From: a virus
Taxonomy: Duplodnaviria; Heunggongvirae; Uroviricota; Caudoviricetes; Crassvirales
Reading direction: 5' to 3' (one strand)
IMG/VR virus record: IMGVR_UViG_3300029521_000003
Length of the DNA stretch: 36,367 bases
Shown in pieces: positions 20,166 to 27,199 of the stretch. A program made the position numbers and the translations under genes. The notes beneath the pieces are model-generated. The model worked only from the letters and a program-made list of their open reading frames with translations, was not told the origin of the DNA and searched no databases. Position 1 is the first letter of the stretch. Every line of letters begins with the position of its first letter.

Positions 20166-20576
20166 CTATACTATAAGTTGTGGTCCTGTAACAATAGTAG
20201 GATTTTCTTCAAATTCCTCAATCTCTGCAACAAATTTAACATCACCATCTTGAATCATCATGTGTTCCACTCCATCAATATCCATGATGTCAAACTTGTA
20301 TCCTATTACAGGATTATCCTTAATAACACCATCTTGCAATGAGCCGGGTTTATGTTGCATTACTGCATATCTTTTAGGATTGATATATACAATATCACCT
20401 ACTTCAATACCTCTCACCATTGGTCCAACAGCTACTACTGTCTGGTATTCTTTCACTGAACCAGCTCTGGTACTGTCTATAATACCTCCTGTAGTCTTTA
20501 GGTCAGTAGGATACTTATTTAATGTGACTACCATGTTATTAAACATGGGTTTAACTTTCTTGATTGTTGTAATCAT
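20166..20576 (-). CDS. GroES-like co-chaperonin
   Basis: VKPMFNNMVV, TTGGII, VVAVGP...IEVGDIV motifs. Confidence 0.75.
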   Translation of the reverse strand: MITTIKKVKPMFNNMVVTLNKYPTDLKTTGGIIDSTRAGSVKEYQTVVAVGPMVRGIEVGDIVYINPKRYAVMQHKPGSLQDGVIKDNPVIGYKFDIMDIDGVEHMMIQDGDVKFVAEIEEFEENPTIVTGPQLIV

Positions 20577-20835
20577 CTCTTAACTTCCTTATATGTTCAA
20601 ATCTCTTCTTTACTCCTATCATCCTATCATAAGTACAGCTTAACTTACCTATTGATGGGACATTGAAATTGGTTCTCAACTTATCAAACTCCTCTTTGCT
20701 TAGGTCTTCCTTTAGAGGCAAGGCTTTGATGTTATTCCTAATAAAAGTCCAGTAGGACTCATAGGCTTCCTTTACCACTTGGGGTGGTAATCCAAGCTCT
20801 GTAGATACCTGTTTAATTGCTTCTGAGTATATCAT
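20551..20835 (-). CDS. HU/IHF-like DNA-binding protein
   Basis: Helix-helix N-terminus (AIKQVSTELGLPPQVVKEAYES) and FNVPSIGKL strand. Confidence 0.45.
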   Translation of the reverse strand: MIYSEAIKQVSTELGLPPQVVKEAYESYWTFIRNNIKALPLKEDLSKEEFDKLRTNFNVPSIGKLSCTYDRMIGVKKRFEHIRKLRDDYNNQES

Positions 20836-21215
20836 GAGAAATCAAATAATAACATCATCTTGAATGAACCATTCTCTTCATCTACTGATGGAATGTATCT
20901 TGGGTTTATTTTCCCATCAATGATGACTTTATTCTTTCTTAACTTACCCATGATGACCTGAAAGTGAGGAAGAGATATATCACACTCTTCCCTTACTTTC
21001 TTCTTACTATCTTCACTCATAGTAACCTTATCAAGTATCTCATTATCTTTAATGACCTTGCTGAGTTCATATCTTTGCTTCACAAAGGAAGTTATGACAT
21101 CCATTTCTCTCTCAGTCAAGTTATGAAAAGGTTGTAAGAATTCAAACCAATATCTAAAGAACTTACCATCCACCTTGCAAGGAATCCTAACTATTGAATC
21201 CACTTGCTTAGCCAT
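20832..21215 (-). CDS. hypothetical protein, possible winged-helix DNA binder
   Basis: LTEREMDV and LPHFQVIMGKLRKNKVI patterns. Confidence 0.5.
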   Translation of the reverse strand: MAKQVDSIVRIPCKVDGKFFRYWFEFLQPFHNLTEREMDVITSFVKQRYELSKVIKDNEILDKVTMSEDSKKKVREECDISLPHFQVIMGKLRKNKVIIDGKINPRYIPSVDEENGSFKMMLLFDFS

Positions 21216-21218
21216 AGT

Positions 21219-21548
21219 TTATTCTCCTTCCTTTACTTCTTCCTCAGGTTCTTGTTCAGGTTGAGTCATTAGTACTTCAAATTCTGCACCACACTTCTGC
21301 TTGAACTCTTCTGAGATATAAGGTGTAGTAGAAGTAATTACTGTCCACAACCACTTCAATCTTTCATAGAAGTTAGTAAGATTAGCTTCCTGCAAAGCCT
21401 GATTCAACTTCTGGTTTTGCATATATAACTGCCTGCTTTGTTCAGACAACTGATGTGCAGTATTCTCCAGTTCTTCATAACTAAGTTTTCTCACTTCTGG
21501 AGCAGCCTTGCCACCCTTTACAACTTTCATGTTATTCTTCTCTTCCAT
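21219..21548 (-). CDS. coiled-coil hypothetical protein (likely start MEEKNN)
   Basis: ORF track 21219..21605. The internal ATG avoids overlap with the upstream gene. Confidence 0.55.
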   Translation of the reverse strand: MEEKNNMKVVKGGKAAPEVRKLSYEELENTAHQLSEQSRQLYMQNQKLNQALQEANLTNFYERLKWLWTVITSTTPYISEEFKQKCGAEFEVLMTQPEQEPEEEVKEGE

Positions 21549-21550
21549 TT

Positions 21551-21784
21551 TTATTTTTCTGTTAGATAATTTCCACCATACTTTTGTCCATACATTTTCT
21601 CCCATTCATGTATGTGTGCCTCACCAGTTTCAGTTCCACCACATTTGTCACAGTAATCTATGCCATCTGAGTTTCTTATTGCTAATGAAAGACAATGTTT
21701 ACAATATACAACAGGTATATTATTATATTCTTCTTTGGGAGTCTCAAGCTCAAACTGCTTGACTTCTGTACTTAAGTTCTCCAT
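21551..21784 (-). CDS. small zinc-ribbon protein
   Basis: YCKHCLS...YCDKCG. Confidence 0.65.
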   Translation of the reverse strand: MENLSTEVKQFELETPKEEYNNIPVVYCKHCLSLAIRNSDGIDYCDKCGGTETGEAHIHEWEKMYGQKYGGNYLTEK

Positions 21785-21998
21785 AAATCTTCTCTTTAGA
21801 AATCTGTAACTCCCTACCAGAGGTCCTCTTTCTATTATTGAAAGGTCTCTTTGGTACTTCTTCTCCCCAAGATGTTACATGACCTTTTCTGATAGCTCTT
21901 CTAATACTCTTGTACTTACCAACAGCACTATAAACAGCAAGATATAACATCATCTTAGGTTCATTGTACTGAGGTTCTTTTGTCTTCTTCTCTTCCAT
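21750..21998 (-). CDS. small basic hypothetical protein
   Basis: 82 aa ORF in the operon. Confidence 0.55.
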   Translation of the reverse strand: MEEKKTKEPQYNEPKMMLYLAVYSAVGKYKSIRRAIRKGHVTSWGEEVPKRPFNNRKRTSGRELQISKEKIYGELKYRSQAV

Positions 21999-22012
21999 AA
22001 TGCCAGTTGTTT

Positions 22013-22162
22013 TTACTTATAAAATACCAAGTAAATCTGTCCTCCTAAAGGAAACATGCTTACTATATCTTCTCTTTTAATCTCAAGCTCTTGAGCTTGC
22101 TTGATTACTTCTCTAACTGTAGAGCCTATAATACAAGTGATTAATGTCTTCTCCTTTTCCAT
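22013..22162 (-). CDS. small hypothetical protein (49 aa, not in the ORF track)
   Basis: MEKEKTLITCIIGSTVREVIKQAQELEIKREDIVSMFPLGGQIYLVFYK* fills the gap. Confidence 0.55.
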   Translation of the reverse strand: MEKEKTLITCIIGSTVREVIKQAQELEIKREDIVSMFPLGGQIYLVFYK

Positions 22163-22181
22163 ATTATTCACTTTAACTTAG

Positions 22182-22268
22182 TTGCGAAGGGAAGACTCGA
22201 ACTTCCAACACAGTATTACTGCTTCTTGTGGTTATGAGCCACACATGTTGCCATTACACTACCTCGCG
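22182..22268 (-). tRNA. tRNA-Met(CAT), initiator-like, long variable arm
   Basis: CGCGAGG/CTTCGCA with C1:A72 mismatch, TGTGG-CTCATAA-CCACA, T loop TTCGAGT. Confidence 0.85.
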
Positions 22269-22276
22269 ATTTATTG

Positions 22277-22348
22277 TGCAGATATAGAGACTCGAACTCT
22301 AACCAGAAGATTGGAAATCTCCTATACTGACCTTTATACGACACCTGC
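22277..22348 (-). tRNA. tRNA-Gly(TCC)
   Basis: Cloverleaf. GGAGA-TTTCCAA-TCTTC. Confidence 0.85.
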
Positions 22349-22750
22349 ATTTCTTTCTTTATAGTGTAAATCTCTATGGCAGTTAGCACATAGGACTATA
22401 CACTTCTTTAATTCTTCTTGCAATCTTCTTGGAGATTCAATGAGTTTTGCTATCTCCCCTTCTTTCTCCTCAGGATTTATATGATGAAAATCCAAACACC
22501 AAGGTCTATTTTCACCACATATTTCACATTTTAATGTGCTTTTAAACTCTTCTAATTCTTTAGTCTTCTTTCTTTTATAGGCTGCTGCTTTTTCTTTATA
22601 ATACTCTTTATGAAGTCTATAATGTTCATCCCTATACTTCTTTCTACAAGACTTACAATCAGAAGCATGACCATCTTTTCTGGTCTTATTTAAAGCAAAT
22701 TCACTTAGTGGCTTTTCTATACCACATATACTACAAACTTTACTTTCCAT
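22334..22750 (-). CDS. HNH endonuclease
   Basis: CSICG..CKSC zinc finger and CEICGE...LDFHH...CIVLCANCHR..H. Confidence 0.85.
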   Translation of the reverse strand: MESKVCSICGIEKPLSEFALNKTRKDGHASDCKSCRKKYRDEHYRLHKEYYKEKAAAYKRKKTKELEEFKSTLKCEICGENRPWCLDFHHINPEEKEGEIAKLIESPRRLQEELKKCIVLCANCHRDLHYKERNAGVV

Positions 22751-22752
22751 AG

Positions 22753-22825
22753 AGTAGATAAACAGATTTGAACTGTCCCCTTGACATTGGCAATGTCATG
22801 TGCTAACCACTAACACCATACCTAC
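22753..22825 (-). tRNA. tRNA-Gly(GCC)
   Basis: TGACA-TTGCCAA-TGTCA. Confidence 0.85.
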
Positions 22826-22831
22826 AAGTTG

Positions 22832-22902
22832 AGGGAATGCCCAGAATTGAACTGAGAAATCTGCTTTACAAGAGCAGTGTTTTACCATTAAACTACAAAC
22901 CC
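22832..22902 (-). tRNA. tRNA-Thr(TGT)
   Basis: CTGCT-CTTGTAA-AGCAG. Two U:U mismatches in the acceptor stem. Confidence 0.8.
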
Positions 22903-22906
22903 ATTA

Positions 22907-22985
22907 TGGTAGCCCAAGAGGAAGTCGAACCCTCACTTTTACAGGGCTTAAACCTGTTGTGTCTACCAAGTTGCACCACTGAGCC
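22907..22985 (-). tRNA. tRNA-Leu(TAA), short variable loop, encoded CCA
   Basis: ACAGG-TTTAAGC-CCTGT. Confidence 0.8.
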
Positions 22986-22986
22986 A

Positions 22987-23463
22987 TCATTCAGTCAGCA
23001 TAAACCTAAATACATACTGATTAATCTTTAGTATGAATGTCTCTGTCTCAGATTTAATACCAGCACATATAGTTGTTTCTGGTATTCCATCATAAAACTC
23101 TTTGGTCTTATCCTGTACATACTTCATAAATTCCTTTGTTGAAGTAGCATTGAAAGGAGTACCATGAACTGTATTAAAGTCAAAAGAAACTCCAGTAATA
23201 CCCATAGCTGATTCAGCTACCAAGTCTTGAAAATCACCTACTTCTTCAAGGAAATCATCCAAGTATAGATGTGCTCCTCTTTTATCTCTGTTTGGAAGTT
23301 TGAGAGAAGCCCAATGTACATTCTTAGTCTGAGTTTTAATACCCTCAAGAACATTCACATATTCATGGAAGAATCTGAATAAACCAGCATCCTTATCTTC
23401 TTCCATTACTGTTTCTTCTCTTTGAAAACCCTCCAATAGATTGTCTCCAAATGTATCTATCAT
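22987..23463 (-). CDS. ferritin/Dps-like four-helix protein
   Basis: KNVHW...HLYLDDF......QDLVAE ferroxidase-type pattern. Confidence 0.65.
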   Translation of the reverse strand: MIDTFGDNLLEGFQREETVMEEDKDAGLFRFFHEYVNVLEGIKTQTKNVHWASLKLPNRDKRGAHLYLDDFLEEVGDFQDLVAESAMGITGVSFDFNTVHGTPFNATSTKEFMKYVQDKTKEFYDGIPETTICAGIKSETETFILKINQYVFRFMLTE

Positions 23464-23483
23464 ATTGTTTTAATTTGATGTTA

Positions 23484-23491
23484 CAAAGATA
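23484..23491 (-). promoter_or_regulatory. -7 promoter element (TATCTTTG)
   Basis: About 20 nt upstream of ATG 23463. Confidence 0.55.
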
Positions 23492-23538
23492 TGTATTATA
23501 ATTTATATATGCAAGTAAATCTGCATATTTTTTTTTTG

Positions 23539-23613
23539 TACCCTCAGTAGGAGTCGAACCTACAGCCTTCTGAGCCTAAATCAGACGTGTCTTAACCATT
23601 TCACCATGAGGGC
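23539..23613 (-). tRNA. tRNA-Leu(TAG), short variable loop
   Basis: TCTGA-TTTAGGC-TCAGA. Confidence 0.85.
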
Positions 23614-23623
23614 ATTTAGCTTC

Positions 23624-23881
23624 TTATTTTGAAGCTAACTTACTTTGTAGGGTGTATCCTAAAAGGAACCAAACCTTATCTTCAATTCTTTTTAAACATA
23701 CTTCCTTTCCTATATCTTCACTATAATTAGAAGGGTCTACACATGTAGTAGATTCTCTTAATGTAAATCCATTTTCCATTCTAACTGTTACATAAGTAGT
23801 AGGTTTACCAAACTCTTCTACTGTTCTAACAAGAACATCTTTCATATTCCTGTTTACTTCTTCCTGTGTTACTGTATTCAT
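23624..23881 (-). CDS. Phage gp49/gp66-family protein
   Basis: NGFTL.E..TCVDP.NY..DIG...C...I..K.W.LLGY.L motif. Confidence 0.75.
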   Translation of the reverse strand: MNTVTQEEVNRNMKDVLVRTVEEFGKPTTYVTVRMENGFTLRESTTCVDPSNYSEDIGKEVCLKRIEDKVWFLLGYTLQSKLASK

Positions 23882-23899
23882 ATAAATAAAAATTAGTTG

Positions 23900-23972
23900 T
23901 GGAAACTAATGGAGTTGAACCATTATCTAAGGATTTTCAGTCCCCCGCATAGACCACCTTTGCTAAGTTTCC
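23900..23972 (-). tRNA. tRNA-Phe(GAA)
   Basis: GGGGA-CTGAAAA-TCCTT. Confidence 0.85.
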
Positions 23973-23981
23973 ATTAATAAG

Positions 23982-24076
23982 TGGGCACAGAGAGACTCGA
24001 ACTCCCCTACTCCAAAGTCCATTACATCAATTTGATAAAGGAGGGCAGATTTACAGTCTGCTGATGTTATGTACCC
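23982..24076 (-). tRNA. tRNA-Tyr(GTA), lacking a D arm, oversized variable region
   Basis: GGGTACA/TGTGCCC acceptor, GCAGA-CTGTAAA-TCTGC, normal T arm. Confidence 0.7.
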
Positions 24077-24087
24077 ATTATATTTTG

Positions 24088-24159
24088 TTCCCCCATGAGG
24101 AATTGAACCTCACCTCATAGATTAAAAGTCTATTGCCTACACCTGTCTGCTATAGGGGA
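24088..24159 (-). tRNA. tRNA-Lys(TTT)
   Basis: ATAGA-CTTTTAA-TCTAT. Confidence 0.85.
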
Positions 24160-24164
24160 ATATG

Positions 24165-24237
24165 TACCTCCACTAAGAATCGAACTTAGAATCTTCTCCT
24201 TAAGAGGGAGCAGCTTTAACCATTCAGCTATAGAGGC
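24165..24237 (-). tRNA. tRNA-Lys(CTT)
   Basis: CTCC-CTCTTAA-GGAG. Confidence 0.85.
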
Positions 24238-24247
24238 ATTTAATAAG

Positions 24248-24320
24248 ACTCCAGTGGGAGACTTGAACTCCCATACCACAGTTTTGCAGACTGGGACCTC
24301 AACCATTCAGACAACTGGAG
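24248..24320 (-). tRNA. tRNA-Cys(GCA)
   Basis: CAGT-CTGCAAA-ACTG, U73. Confidence 0.85.
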
Positions 24321-24326
24321 GAATAG

Positions 24327-24400
24327 TACTGAGGGTAGGATTTGAACCCACTATCTTATGGATATAAGCCATCTGCATTTACCACTTGTGCTACCTCAGC
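24327..24400 (-). tRNA. tRNA-Ile(TAT)
   Basis: ATGG-CTTATAT-CCAT. Confidence 0.8.
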
Positions 24401-24414
24401 ATTAATAAATAAAG

Positions 24415-24485
24415 GGTGTGGCAGGGACTCGAACCCTATCTCTTCATCCACAGTGAAGCACTTTTACCAGATAAGCTATCCACAC
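24415..24485 (-). tRNA. tRNA-His(GTG), ends approximate
   Basis: CTTCA-CTGTGGA-TGAAG. Confidence 0.8.
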
Positions 24486-24487
24486 AG

Positions 24488-24560
24488 TTCTGATAATAGG
24501 ACTTGAACCTATAACTACTGCCTTATGAGAGCAGCCTTCTGCCTATTGAAGTATATCAGA
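24488..24560 (-). tRNA. tRNA with CAT anticodon (elongator Met or Ile2)
   Basis: CTGCT-CTCATAA-GGCAG. Confidence 0.8.
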
Positions 24561-24567
24561 ATATAAG

Positions 24568-24639
24568 TTGGTACACACAGAATTGAACTGTGATTGCATC
24601 CTTATCAGAGATGTTTCCTAACCTTTAGAAGATGTACCA
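24568..24639 (-). tRNA. tRNA-Ile(GAT)
   Basis: CATCT-CTGATAA-GGATG. Confidence 0.85.
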
Positions 24640-24647
24640 ATTTTAAG

Positions 24648-24718
24648 CATACCCTAATAGAATCGAACTACTACCTTTGCTTTTGGAGAGCAACATTCTA
24701 CCATTAAACTAAGGGCAC
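24648..24718 (-). tRNA. tRNA-Trp(CCA)
   Basis: TTGCT-CTCCAAA-AGCAA. Confidence 0.85.
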
Positions 24719-24722
24719 ATCA

Positions 24723-25055
24723 TTATGTGCTATAATGACCTAATGTATCATTACCCATGTTCTTAAATAGAACATAAGATTCATAGTTCACTATTTCTTT
24801 CTCACTTGTTTCAAACTCTAATGTACACAATAAAGTCTTTTCATCAAACTTCTTTTTCTTTTCTGTGAGTTTCTTTTCTAACTCTCTCACAACTTCTCTT
24901 GCATTATAGAGTTCCTCTTCAAGAGATAATAATTCATTATAATCATTCTTAATATCTTCTTGAGCACTTTCATTCATCATTTCAGGATATTTAAAGTGAA
25001 CTGCTTTCACCTTAGTTCTATCCTCAACTATCATTTTACTTCTGATTTCTTTCAT
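24723..25055 (-). CDS. coiled-coil hypothetical protein
   Basis: 110 aa ORF between tRNA genes. Confidence 0.6.
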   Translation of the reverse strand: MKEIRSKMIVEDRTKVKAVHFKYPEMMNESAQEDIKNDYNELLSLEEELYNAREVVRELEKKLTEKKKKFDEKTLLCTLEFETSEKEIVNYESYVLFKNMGNDTLGHYST

Positions 25056-25074
25056 GACTTTTATTCTTTAATTG

Positions 25075-25149
25075 CTGGAGAGATAGGACTCGAACCTACT
25101 ATCCTCTGATTAACAGTCAGTAGCTATATACCACTTAAGCTTCTCTCCA
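25075..25149 (-). tRNA. tRNA-Asn(GTT)
   Basis: CTGA-CTGTTAA-TCAG. Confidence 0.85.
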
Positions 25150-25154
25150 ATATG

Positions 25155-25228
25155 TTGCTCCTATTAGAATCGAACTAATGACCTTCACTGTGTAAAAGTG
25201 TTATTCTAAACCACTGAACTAAGGAGCA
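25155..25228 (-). tRNA. tRNA-Val(TAC)
   Basis: CACT-TTTACAC-AGTG. Confidence 0.85.
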
Positions 25229-25299
25229 ATGTAGGACACTTTAGGTGTGTCCTTAACCTGTTAAAAAAAAAAACAAACATTATGAAAACATGAAACATG

Positions 25300-25373
25300 T
25301 GGATACATGTGGGACTTGAACCCCAACTTCACTTTGCAAAAGTGATGTGTTAGCCATTTACACTACATGACCC
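25300..25373 (-). tRNA. tRNA-Ala(TGC), irregular acceptor and T stems
   Basis: TCACT-TTTGCAA-AGTGA, G3:U70 present. Confidence 0.75.
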
Positions 25374-25378
25374 ATTTG

Positions 25379-25451
25379 TATAGTAGAGAAGACTCGAACT
25401 TCCAACATCTTGCTCCCAAAGCAAGTACACTACCCATTGTGCTACTACTAT
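25379..25451 (-). tRNA. tRNA-Pro(TGG)
   Basis: CTTGC-TTTGGGA-GCAAG. Confidence 0.85.
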
Positions 25452-25554
25452 ATTATTGTCAGCTAAGTAGGTTTTCTAATGTTTATGTACACTATTAAAT
25501 TATACTAACCTTGGGGATGCTTAGCCACCCTCATATTCCCATTTTATTTTAATG

Positions 25555-25641
25555 CGGAGGATATAGGATTTGAACCTATACATCTTTTAAGACTACTGAC
25601 AGTTTAGCAAACTGCTCCCTTACCATTAGGGTTAATCCTCC
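25555..25641 (-). tRNA. tRNA-Ser(GCT)
   Basis: GCAGT-TTGCTAA-ACTGT, long variable arm, G73. Confidence 0.85.
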
Positions 25642-25642
25642 A

Positions 25643-25957
25643 TTACTTAGGAACACTCTCAATCACTATCTTAGGTGATTCTTGAGCTATTTGCCAAGCT
25701 CTTATAAAGTCTTCCAAATCCATGCCAGTAGGTAACTTACTTAAGTCTATATCTGGCATAAGTTGCTCTCTTTTAAGATATAAATTACAATGACAAATAT
25801 CTTTTTCTCTATAATCAGAACAAGGACATTTCTTATCCTCACCTGTATTATGACATGGACACTCTCCATTATTAGCTTCACATCTTCTCAGTATAGCATT
25901 CACTACCTTATCATTGGGATTCAACACCCATCCTTCTTTTCTCAAAATTTGTATCAT
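25643..25957 (-). CDS. ferredoxin-thioredoxin reductase catalytic-chain-like protein
   Basis: CPC...CPC...CHC.LY signature. Confidence 0.75.
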   Translation of the reverse strand: MIQILRKEGWVLNPNDKVVNAILRRCEANNGECPCHNTGEDKKCPCSDYREKDICHCNLYLKREQLMPDIDLSKLPTGMDLEDFIRAWQIAQESPKIVIESVPK

Positions 25958-25961
25958 AATG

Positions 25962-26046
25962 CGGAGAAAGGAGGTCCCGACCCCCAGTCAAATAAATGAC
26001 CAATCTGTTTTCAAGACAGTTCCCAGACCCTCTGAGTTCCTTCTCC
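25962..26046 (-). tRNA. tRNA-Ser(TGA), non-canonical T loop
   Basis: CTGT-CTTGAAA-ACAG, long variable arm, T loop GTCGGGA. Confidence 0.75.
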
Positions 26047-26087
26047 ATTTGCCCCTCCAACTCTTTGGTAGAGGACTTAGTTCAGGG

Positions 26088-26160
26088 CAGTCTATGAGGG
26101 AATTGAACCCTGTTCTCTGCATTGACAGTGCAGCACTTTAACCATTAAGCTACATAGACT
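26088..26160 (-). tRNA. tRNA-Asp(GTC), 8/4 fold
   Basis: CTGCA-CTGTCAA-TGCAG. Acceptor AGTCTATG/CATAGACT. Confidence 0.8.
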
Positions 26161-26166
26161 ATTTTG

Positions 26167-26239
26167 TAATGGGTAGGGGATTTGAACCCCTCTCTGCAAG
26201 GTTGAAAACCTTGTGTACTAACCACTATACTAACCCACC
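26167..26239 (-). tRNA. tRNA-Glu(TTC)
   Basis: CAAGG-TTTTCAA-CCTTG. Confidence 0.85.
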
Positions 26240-26322
26240 ATTTTGACTATCCTATCTTCACAGACCAGATAGTCCACTCTTTAAAAATCATGAAACAAAA
26301 AAAAAATTCCACCTTCAAAATG

Positions 26323-26394
26323 TACCCCCTGATAGAATCGAACTATCATTCTAAGTTTAGAAGACTCATGTACTATCCATTGTACTAAGAGGGC
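26323..26394 (-). tRNA. tRNA-Arg(TCT)
   Basis: TGAGT-CTTCTAA-ACTTA. Confidence 0.85.
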
Positions 26395-26401
26395 ATAATA
26401 G

Positions 26402-26473
26402 TTGTTCCAGCAGGAATTGAACCTACATTACTTGAGCCAAAATCAGGTGTAATAGCCATTATACTATGGAACA
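26402..26473 (-). tRNA. tRNA-Gln(TTG)
   Basis: CCTGA-TTTTGGC-TCAAG. Confidence 0.8.
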
Positions 26474-26498
26474 ATGTTCTTATCTTCTAATCATGATG

Positions 26499-26530
26499 CA
26501 AAGATAAGTCAAATATTTGATATATGCAAA
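26499..26530 (-). promoter_or_regulatory. Bacteroidetes promoter of the tRNA cluster (-33 TTTG / -7 TATCTTTG)
   Basis: TTTG at 26530-26527 and TATCTTTG at 26506-26499, 20-nt spacer. Confidence 0.7.
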
Positions 26531-26609
26531 TCTTTCACTAATTATTTTCAAGATGGTATGAAAATACTCCAGAAGTGAATTAAGATAATGGGCTGAATTA
26601 TTATCTTAA

Positions 26610-27027
26610 TTAAATACCCATTATCTTATTAGCCCATTTTTCAGTATAAAAATGATAATAATTATATTTTCCATTCTTCCAACAACATCCAATATAATTA
26701 TTAAGCCAAGCATGTAGTATAGAGGGAATACCAATAACCAATAACCAATAAATATAAAGGACCAAGTATCTTACTCTGCTTTACATGACCACATTCATGT
26801 TTTATAACTATTTCTTTGTCAATGTAATCTTGATTAATAAAGATATATTTCCCAAGAGATATACCACCCTTAGTTTTCTGTAAATATACTTTAGCACCTA
26901 CACTCCTTGAGTCATTATTCTCTATAACACATATTCTATTATCTTTAGATATAGACCTATAGATTATACCACATAAATTCTGTGGGAATTGCCACAACCA
27001 AAGTAGAAAACTAATTAACCATTTCAT
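26610..27027 (-). pseudogene. HExxH metallopeptidase-like membrane protein frameshifted by a 7-bp tandem repeat
   Basis: HECGH motif. (TTATTGG)x3 at 26731-26751. Removing one unit gives a 136-aa frame ending ...HFYTEKWANKIMGI*. Confidence 0.7.
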
Positions 27028-27173
27028 ACCTTATATCTCTTTACATCTAACATTCTTGAACTAACTCCCTGTGCATAGTATCTCCTATCATTGTTATTTA
27101 CTGATACACAGATAGCACCTTCACACTTAACAATGTTTACATTCTTAATAACTTCTTCAATAACTCTTTTCAT
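27024..27173 (-). CDS. small hypothetical protein (49 aa)
   Basis: MKRVIEEVIKNVNIVKCEGAICVSV...; ATGA overlap with the next gene. Confidence 0.5.
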   Translation of the reverse strand: MKRVIEEVIKNVNIVKCEGAICVSVNNNDRRYYAQGVSSRMLDVKRYKV

Positions 27174-27199
27174 ATATTTGTTCTTTATTCTTTAAAGTG

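Noticed and set aside
22182..26473. Theta (HDV-like) ribozymes in tRNA 3' trailers
   Set aside because: Most spacers are under 15 nt. I could not fit the nested pseudoknot in the longer ones (25452-25554, 26047-26087).
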